DNA of 54,234 bases from the NCBI GenBank assembly GCA_965366815.1, contig CBDUGV010000005.1, positions 1 to 54,234 on the forward strand, in the 5' to 3' direction. Below the pieces are notes generated by a model that ran no database searches, was not told the DNA's origin, and was given only the letters and a program-made list of their open reading frames with translations. Shown in pieces: positions 48,229-54,234 of this stretch; positions within the stretch are counted from its first letter, which is position 1; every line of letters begins with the position of its first letter. Made by a program: the position numbers and the translations under genes. The DNA comes from an uncultured Bdellovibrionales bacterium (lineage in GTDB: Bacteria; Bdellovibrionota_C; UBA2361; SZUA-149).

Positions 48229-49152
48229 ATGGGAAACCGTGGGAAAAATCAGTGGATTCAAGGAAGTGCGAATGTATGCCTGGTGGTATCGCTGCTGGCA
48301 GCTACCAGTATCTTCTGGTCTCGCGGAGAACTGCGGCGAATCCAAGCATCAGTTTCCGTCGCCGCCGAGTCTCCCCCACTCTATTTGCCAGAGATAGAAA
48401 AAGTCCGAATGATCACATTGGGATTTGATAACTTCGCTGCCGATATTCTCTGGTTCAACACGCTCAACTACTTCGGCAAGCAAATGGCAACTGAGCGCGA
48501 CTATCGCTGGCTCGGTCATATGTGCCAATTGGTTACCGACCTCAATCCAAAGACTCGACCGATAATAGAGTTTTGCTCGACTATGCTCTCCTGGGTTGCG
48601 GATCAAAAAGATCAAAGCACGATAGTTCTAAAAAAAGCGATCGCCGCTGAACCCAACTATTGGCGACATCGCTATCTCCTCGGTTTTAACTATTGGTACT
48701 TCCATGAGGACTTCCAAGCCGCAGGAGAAATGCTGCAATCCGCGGCTCAACTTCCAAACAGCCCACCCTTTGTTGCATCGCTCGCAGCCCGTATCACGCT
48801 TAACGAGAGCAGCCCTCAGATGGCGATTAGCTTTCTTCAAAACTTAATCAAGCGCGAGCCCGACAGAAACGCAAAAGCGGCGCTCGAAGAAAAACTCAAG
48901 CTCGCGATCATCAGTCTCGACCTTGAGCGACTTCAAGAGATTGCCAATCGCTACGAGAAAGAAAAGGGAAAGAAAGCTGAAAGTCTGCAAGAGATAGTCG
49001 AAGCCGAACTATTGCCTCATATTCCATTCGACCCATTTGGCGATATTTATGTCATCAACCCGGAAACGCTGCGCCCGGACACAAGCTCATCAAGGAAAGG
49101 CTTGGACTTTCCCGGTAAAACAGCGCGGACTGGACTGGCGAGTAAACACTAG
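48229..49152 (+). CDS. Pilin-associated TPR-like protein (XapA/PilG-like position)
   Basis: Signal/TM segment, LGFDNFAADILW, TDLNP, LGFNYWYF and DPFG; sits between the pilin and an ABC transporter. Confidence 0.7.
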   Translation: MGNRGKNQWIQGSANVCLVVSLLAATSIFWSRGELRRIQASVSVAAESPPLYLPEIEKVRMITLGFDNFAADILWFNTLNYFGKQMATERDYRWLGHMCQLVTDLNPKTRPIIEFCSTMLSWVADQKDQSTIVLKKAIAAEPNYWRHRYLLGFNYWYFHEDFQAAGEMLQSAAQLPNSPPFVASLAARITLNESSPQMAISFLQNLIKREPDRNAKAALEEKLKLAIISLDLERLQEIANRYEKEKGKKAESLQEIVEAELLPHIPFDPFGDIYVINPETLRPDTSSSRKGLDFPGKTARTGLASKH

Positions 49153-49159
49153 AGAGACG

Positions 49160-50158
49160 ATGAACGATATCATTCTCGAAATAGATAGTTTAGTGAAGTC
49201 GTTTCGTTCGTATTGGACCTTTCGTCCCATTCCGGCCGTCACTGACGTAAGCTTATCTGTCTACCGTGGAGAGTCCTTTGGCTTTTTAGGTCACAACGGA
49301 GCTGGCAAAACCACCACTATCAAATGCATCATGGGACTGATACACAAAACCTCAGGTGCTATCTCGCTCAACGGCGAGGAACTGAAAACCCCAGATCAGC
49401 GCGCCCATATCGGCTATCTTCCAGAGCATCCGTATTTCTACGATCACCTTACCGTTGAAGAAACGCTCGACTTCTTTGCTGCACTCTACGGCATTGAACC
49501 AAAAGGACGGGCTGCAAGAGTCGAAGAGACGCTTGAGCGTGTCGGCTTACTCGATAGAAAGCGCTCGTCGGTTCGCTCTCTTTCAAAGGGCTTACAGCAG
49601 CGACTCGGCTTGGCTCAGGCGATAATCAATCGACCAACGCTGCTTATTCTCGATGAGCCGTTTTCCGGTCTCGACCCAATTGGTCGAATGGAGGTTCGTG
49701 AACTCATTCTGCAATTGCGGGCCGAAGGAACGACCATCTTCATGTCCTCGCATATCCTTTCTGACGTTGAAGATATCTGTGACCGAGTTTCGATCATGGC
49801 CCGAGGTCGGGTCGAGCATGTATTCGACCTCCACGAGGCATCAGATTTATTTGGCGAACGATTCGAACTGAGCCTCATGAGTAAAGGAGTTGAGGCAGAT
49901 CTCAGGCAATCAGTACTGGCCGAGGCTTCAGATTGCGAACTTCGTAAAACAGCGCAAGGAGACCTTTTGGTCGCATCGTTCACTAGTCGAGCGAGCGCAG
50001 AGCAGGCATTGCAAGCTGCTCTTACCCAAAACGTCCAGGTTATGAATTTTAAGAATGCTGGGCTGACGCTTGAAGAAGTGTTTATGAAAGTTACTGAAGA
50101 ATCAACGAGGAAGGTAGACGATGAAGATATTCGTCATAGCTCTGAACACCTTTCGTGA
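49160..50158 (+). CDS. ABC transporter ATPase (PilH/XapD-like)
   Basis: [28 protein letters not shown] and SSH; start moved to ATG 49160. Confidence 0.9.
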   Translation: MNDIILEIDSLVKSFRSYWTFRPIPAVTDVSLSVYRGESFGFLGHNGAGKTTTIKCIMGLIHKTSGAISLNGEELKTPDQRAHIGYLPEHPYFYDHLTVEETLDFFAALYGIEPKGRAARVEETLERVGLLDRKRSSVRSLSKGLQQRLGLAQAIINRPTLLILDEPFSGLDPIGRMEVRELILQLRAEGTTIFMSSHILSDVEDICDRVSIMARGRVEHVFDLHEASDLFGERFELSLMSKGVEADLRQSVLAEASDCELRKTAQGDLLVASFTSRASAEQALQAALTQNVQVMNFKNAGLTLEEVFMKVTEESTRKVDDEDIRHSSEHLS

Positions 50159-50894
50159 GGCGGTTCGAAATAAGGTTCTGTATTCAGTAGTGCTTTTTGC
50201 CATTTTGATGGTAGGCGTAAGCGCGTTCTTTGGCTCGGTGAGCATTGGTGAACAGGAGCGAGTCATCAAGGACTTTGGTCTGTTCTCACTCTCTTTCTTT
50301 GGTGCGATTATCACTATCCTTATTGGCGTGACTCTTCTCAACAAAGAACTCAAGCAAAAGACGATTTACAACATTCTCTCCAAACCCGTATCGCGCTGGC
50401 AGTTCATCGTTGGCAAGCATTGCGGGCTCACCTGCACGGTGAGCTTGCTCGTCTTCATGATGGGGGTCGGACTTGTCGGCTTTACCGCATGCTTTGAAGG
50501 GCGAATTGATTGGCTCTTGTTACAAGCAACGGTATTTATCTTGCTGGAAGTAAGCATCATCGCCGCTGTCGCAATGTTTTTCTCATCCTTGGTGGTAACG
50601 ACTACCCTGACGGGAATGTTTACCTTAGGCACCTACATCGCTGGGCATTCCATTGCCTATTTCAAATATTTTCTACAAAATCCTGAAGTCTCAAACCCGG
50701 CTCTCGATCGATTGGTCATGGTGCTAGACTGGATTGTTCCCGATCTGAGTCTTTTCAACGTAGCTGACCAAATTGTCTATGGAAAGGCAGCGGCTCCTGA
50801 GCAACTTGCCTACGCTGTAATCTACGCCGCAAGTTATTCACTTGTAGCGCTCTGTTTGGCAACTCTGATTTTCCAGCGGCGAGAACTAACCTAG
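50121..50894 (+). CDS. ABC-2 type permease (PilI/XapB-like)
   Basis: [13 protein letters not shown] and [20 protein letters not shown]; six TM; F.RR.L terminus. Confidence 0.88.
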   Translation: MKIFVIALNTFREAVRNKVLYSVVLFAILMVGVSAFFGSVSIGEQERVIKDFGLFSLSFFGAIITILIGVTLLNKELKQKTIYNILSKPVSRWQFIVGKHCGLTCTVSLLVFMMGVGLVGFTACFEGRIDWLLLQATVFILLEVSIIAAVAMFFSSLVVTTTLTGMFTLGTYIAGHSIAYFKYFLQNPEVSNPALDRLVMVLDWIVPDLSLFNVADQIVYGKAAAPEQLAYAVIYAASYSLVALCLATLIFQRRELT

Positions 50895-50898
50895 CCAA

Positions 50899-51078
50899 CT
50901 ACTTTTTAAAGCCATAGGGGCAATGCCGACAACCAGATTGGCAACACTTCCCCTTGGCAAGGTGATAGTGCTCGGTAAACACCATGAGCCCCGTCTCTGG
51001 ATCTATGTAGTTTGATTCGCCTTTCTCACAGGCTTCTCTGTGGAGGCGATCGATTTCTTCGTCACTTGGAGTTGCCAC
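50899..51078 (-). CDS. Small Cys-rich protein, DUF5522-like (59 aa; not in the ORF track)
   Basis: Hand translation from GTG: MATPSDEEIDRLHREACEKGESNYIDPETGLMVFTEHYHLAKGKCCQSGCRHCPYGFKK*. It starts 2 nt after the cysE stop and fills the gap. Confidence 0.85.
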   Translation of the reverse strand: MATPSDEEIDRLHREACEKGESNYIDPETGLMVFTEHYHLAKGKCCQSGCRHCPYGFKK

Positions 51079-51080
51079 CG

Positions 51081-52055
51081 CTAGTCGCGCAATTTCGACT
51101 TAATAACTGGCCCCTCGGCACCACGAAGTACCACACTCCCTGCTGGCACGCTCGCCGTAAGAAACACGTTCCCACCGATAGTTGATCCCTTGCCGATTAC
51201 GGTATCACCACCGAGGATGGTCGTATTGGAGAAAATGACGACATCGTCTTCAATGGTCGGATGTCGGCGAACGTGCTTGACCGGATTGCCATGTTCATCT
51301 CGAGCGAAGCTGCGCGCTCCAAGAGTCACGCCTTGATATAGTTTTACCCGATCGCCAATGACCGCAGTCTCCCCCACAACTACTCCCGTGGCGTGATCGA
51401 TAAAGAAGCTGCTTCCAATCTGCGCACCCGGATGAATATCCACACCAGTTTTCGAGTGAGTCCATTCACTCATCACTCGAGGAACGATCGGCACATTGAG
51501 CAAGTAAAACTCATGGGCAATCCGATAGGAGACGACTGCAGTTAAGCCCAAATTGGAAAGCTTCAGCTCGGCAAAGGTCAAGGCAGCCGGGTCTCCGTCA
51601 TAGGCCGCTTGCAAATCGTCAACGACTTTGCTGCGAATGAGCGGCAGCTTAGAAAGAAAAGTCTTCATGACTTCGATTGACACGGCCTTCGGATCTTCTT
51701 CCTCCGGCGGCCCCTCTGTTTGAGCTGCCCGTCCAAGCCAACGGTAAGGAATGGAACGTTCGATTTCAGGAAGTAAGGTCGACCAGGCATCTCGTAGCTT
51801 TACTTGAAACCAGGCATCGAGAGCATTCGCGTCAGAGAATTGATCCTCGCCTCGCACAGGAATCATCAATTCCACCAAACTGCGTAAGGCTCGGATGATG
51901 CGCCGTGCACGAGGTGCGGCAGAGTCGATGCTTTCCGGCACATCGTCACCACTAAAACAATACTGAGCGCTCAGTTGCTCGGCTGCGAGACTTATCTGTT
52001 GCTGTATCGCCAGTTCCTGGGAGCTGTCATCATTCTTCGACATGAAACGTTCCAA
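51081..52055 (-). CDS. cysE: Serine O-acetyltransferase (CysE/EpsC type)
   Basis: AAYDGDPAA, YRIAHEF, TGVDIHPGAQIG, IDHATGVVVGET, LYQGVTLGA and RHPTIED motifs. Confidence 0.92.
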   Translation of the reverse strand: MERFMSKNDDSSQELAIQQQISLAAEQLSAQYCFSGDDVPESIDSAAPRARRIIRALRSLVELMIPVRGEDQFSDANALDAWFQVKLRDAWSTLLPEIERSIPYRWLGRAAQTEGPPEEEDPKAVSIEVMKTFLSKLPLIRSKVVDDLQAAYDGDPAALTFAELKLSNLGLTAVVSYRIAHEFYLLNVPIVPRVMSEWTHSKTGVDIHPGAQIGSSFFIDHATGVVVGETAVIGDRVKLYQGVTLGARSFARDEHGNPVKHVRRHPTIEDDVVIFSNTTILGGDTVIGKGSTIGGNVFLTASVPAGSVVLRGAEGPVIKSKLRD

Positions 52056-52080
52056 TTGAGGTGGCAGAGCGAAGCAAAGA

Positions 52081-52518
52081 CTACTCAGAGAGCAGTTCTT
52101 TAACTAATTGACTCGCTACTTTCCCCTCAAACTGACCCTTATACTTGGCATTCAAATGCCCCATAATCGGCCCAATGCCATTCGCTCCCGAAGCAATCAG
52201 CTCTTCGATTATCTTCTTCAGCTCATCTTCACTCAACTGCGCCCCTAGAAATTCCTGAAGCAAGGCAATTTCTTCTTTGTTCTGAGCTACTAAATCGTCC
52301 CGATTTTGCTGTTCCGCAAATCCAAGCGCATCTCGCAGTTTCTTAACTTCTTTTTGCACGATCCCTAAGACACGCTCATCGTCGGCTTCCTCTCTTGAAT
52401 CGACTTCGTACTGCTTTATCGCAGCAGTAAGTCCACGCAAGGTGGTAACCGTCTTTTGATCTCGAGCCTTCATTGCATCTTTGAGTCGAGCTTGTATCTG
52501 TGCTTTCAGTTCAGACAT
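52081..52518 (-). CDS. GatB/YqeY domain protein
   Basis: LKDAMKARD...LRGL..AIK..E...KEVKK...E.ALL.EFL..QLSE..MG pattern. Confidence 0.9.
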   Translation of the reverse strand: MSELKAQIQARLKDAMKARDQKTVTTLRGLTAAIKQYEVDSREEADDERVLGIVQKEVKKLRDALGFAEQQNRDDLVAQNKEEIALLQEFLGAQLSEDELKKIIEELIASGANGIGPIMGHLNAKYKGQFEGKVASQLVKELLSE

Positions 52519-52548
52519 GACTTTCGTTTTCCCTACCGTTTCGTATAT

Positions 52549-53088
52549 CTACTGCATTCGCTTTTCGACTTCTTCCTGAACTCGACGAAGCAACTCTGGA
52601 TCGCTCTCCTGACTCTCTGCTCCCTGAGAAACGACACCCTCCACCGCAGTATTCTCCAAACTGCCGCCGCGTTGTGCTTTAAGGTTGCGCAACGCATAGA
52701 GAATCAGCAAGAACGTCAGCATAATTACAAAAGCTGGAACCAGCCAGGCCATTATTCCAAACCCCTCAGTTCGGGGCGTCCCCCGGACCTCATCTCCATA
52801 CAACGCGAGCAACTGGGTGCGCACCTCATCAGGAGTGCTTCCCTCATTGAGCCAAGTAATCACTTTCAATCGCAGCTCACGAGCTTGCCCGCTGGGACAA
52901 GCGGAGAGTGTTCGCCCAGGACAGAATGGACTCATCGTGGTTTCAGAAATTTCCTGCGCCAGCTGTTCGACTTCAGCTTCGGAATAGGCCGCCAGCGCGT
53001 TTGACGGGAACAACACGGCGACTGTCAGCAGCACATACAAGGCTGCAAGAACCACGCTACCTACAATTCGGGGGATACAATCCTTCAT
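52549..53088 (-). CDS. ccmH: Cytochrome c biogenesis protein CcmH-like
   Basis: Signal peptide, TMSPFCPGRTLSACPSGQARELR, YGDEV...P...G...AWLVP, then TM; start at ATG 53088. Confidence 0.8.
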   Translation of the reverse strand: MKDCIPRIVGSVVLAALYVLLTVAVLFPSNALAAYSEAEVEQLAQEISETTMSPFCPGRTLSACPSGQARELRLKVITWLNEGSTPDEVRTQLLALYGDEVRGTPRTEGFGIMAWLVPAFVIMLTFLLILYALRNLKAQRGGSLENTAVEGVVSQGAESQESDPELLRRVQEEVEKRMQ

Positions 53089-53166
53089 ATCTGCTTCTAA
53101 GTTTGACACCAATCGGCGGCTGCTCCAGAATAGCAGCTTGACTTTCTATAATACCAACGAGTTATC

Positions 53167-53379
53167 ATGGCGCGCATCTGTCCATATTGCAAATCCGAAG
53201 TTCAAGAAAAACAGGCTGGTATCTGGCCCTTTTGCTCTGAGCGCTGCAAGATGAGCGATTTAGGTGCCTGGATGCGCGAAGACTACCGAATCGCTGGCGG
53301 ACCGGTTTTAGACGAGGAATTTGACGAATCTGCAGACACAGATTCTGACGAGGACGAATTTAACAATTCCCGACACTGA
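53167..53379 (+). CDS. yacG: DNA gyrase inhibitor YacG
   Basis: CPYC...WPFCSERCKMSDLGAWMREDYRIAG with an acidic tail. Confidence 0.92.
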   Translation: MARICPYCKSEVQEKQAGIWPFCSERCKMSDLGAWMREDYRIAGGPVLDEEFDESADTDSDEDEFNNSRH

Positions 53380-53999
53380 TCGATCAATTGCCAATCGACA
53401 TCCTCTGACCCCGCTGAGAGATCGAGATTGACGCATTCACCCGGCAACTCACTCCATTGCTTCCCCAAACCGCGACACAGGGAGAAGTACGCCTGCTGTC
53501 GGGTCCAAGACTCAGCATCTTTGTCATCAAAAACGCCCAGCAGCAATTCGAATACCTGAAGATGAGAATCGGGAATCTCTTGAGCCGGTCGCTGAGAGGA
53601 TGCCTTCGCACCAGAAGCCGCTATAAATTCTCCGAGAATGCGAATCGCACTGAGTCGAACATCATCGTCATAGTCCCATCCGACACCCAAGGCAAAGTTA
53701 AATACCCGCTCCAAATACTCAGCGGTGCCACCCCAGTCCAAGCATAGTGTTTCAAGTACCTGACTGACCGTGAGCACATCGTTCGCATCGAGATAGCGTT
53801 CAAGGATTGGTCGATGCTCGAATCGTCGCAACTTTCCTATGACAACTAAATAGGCATACACTGCATCAATCGAAGGAACCCGACCCAGATCGGTCGTATC
53901 TACTGCATTCAGGCAGTCCACCACATAGGATATATGCTCCTCGGGGATTTCCTTACCGTCGCTGATATCGACAAGTAGTTTTTCTGCGTCGAGATCCAT
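53283..53999 (-). CDS. Hypothetical alpha-helical (HEAT-like) protein
   Basis: 238-aa ORF with ATG start and DDDVRLSAIRILG-type helical units; 3' end overlaps yacG. Confidence 0.6.
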   Translation of the reverse strand: MDLDAEKLLVDISDGKEIPEEHISYVVDCLNAVDTTDLGRVPSIDAVYAYLVVIGKLRRFEHRPILERYLDANDVLTVSQVLETLCLDWGGTAEYLERVFNFALGVGWDYDDDVRLSAIRILGEFIAASGAKASSQRPAQEIPDSHLQVFELLLGVFDDKDAESWTRQQAYFSLCRGLGKQWSELPGECVNLDLSAGSEDVDWQLIDQCRELLNSSSSESVSADSSNSSSKTGPPAIR

Positions 54000-54009
54000 A
54001 CATCAATCT

Positions 54010-54234
54010 CTACTTCGATTTCGTAAAGCGTCCAAGAATCGCAGTTTTCATTCGAGACAAAAGGGGCTCTTTTCCAAAGGGTTTTCTGAAATAGATCGGT
54101 GTCGCATCACTGAAAATCGTATGGTTCGGACTATCTGGATTGTCGAGATCATCGAAGATAATGATAACGCCACCGGTGTGCTTCATATATTCCCGGCCAA
54201 CCTCGTCTAACTCCGAGCGGATATATTGTTTCTT
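54010..54234 (-). CDS. C-terminal fragment of a gene running off the window
   Basis: 74 open codons from the window edge (KKQYIRSELDEVGREYMKHTGGVIIIFDD...LGRFTKSK*), stopping 10 nt before the next start. Confidence 0.55.
   Translation of the reverse strand, partial: KKQYIRSELDEVGREYMKHTGGVIIIFDDLDNPDSPNHTIFSDATPIYFRKPFGKEPLLSRMKTAILGRFTKSK

Noticed and set aside
53138-53152. Sigma70 promoter TTGACT...TATAAT before yacG
   Set aside because: The hexamers are only 3 bp apart, so they cannot be a -35/-10 pair.

Overview
Bacterial chromosomal window with no mobile element, CRISPR array or RNA gene recognised. Gene content (pilBC-pilS/R-pilA-ABC cluster, ccmEF..ABCD with a Cys-type CcmE, alpha2-type GlyRS, RpoH-like sigma factor) looks deltaproteobacterial or Bdellovibrionota-like; the taxonomy is inference. 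The main feature is a ~14 kb cluster (4515-18656) encoding what looks like a complete trans-envelope redox chain. It comprises a cytoplasmic FAD/NAD(P)H oxidoreductase fused to two cyclic-nucleotide-binding domains and a 4x[4Fe-4S] domain, a di-heme-b-like membrane protein, an FHA-TM-decaheme cytochrome, a tandem GlcG/HbpS lipoprotein, an outer-membrane beta-barrel, a decaheme cytochrome with an LVIVD propeller, and a divergent pentaheme c554-like protein (25 heme c motifs counted by eye). Second, the type IV pilus regulator is a single PilS-PilR chimera (membrane sensor + PAS fused directly to a sigma54 AAA+ activator, with no kinase and no receiver), upstream of a consensus sigma54 promoter and candidate enhancer boxes for pilA. 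Other oddities: a pseudokinase-TM-Skp fusion, an in-frame TAG within ilvD, an apparently inactive M23 peptidase, a 16-bp minisatellite, and a small Cys-rich DUF5522-like gene absent from the ORF track. All family calls come from motif reading, not database searches.
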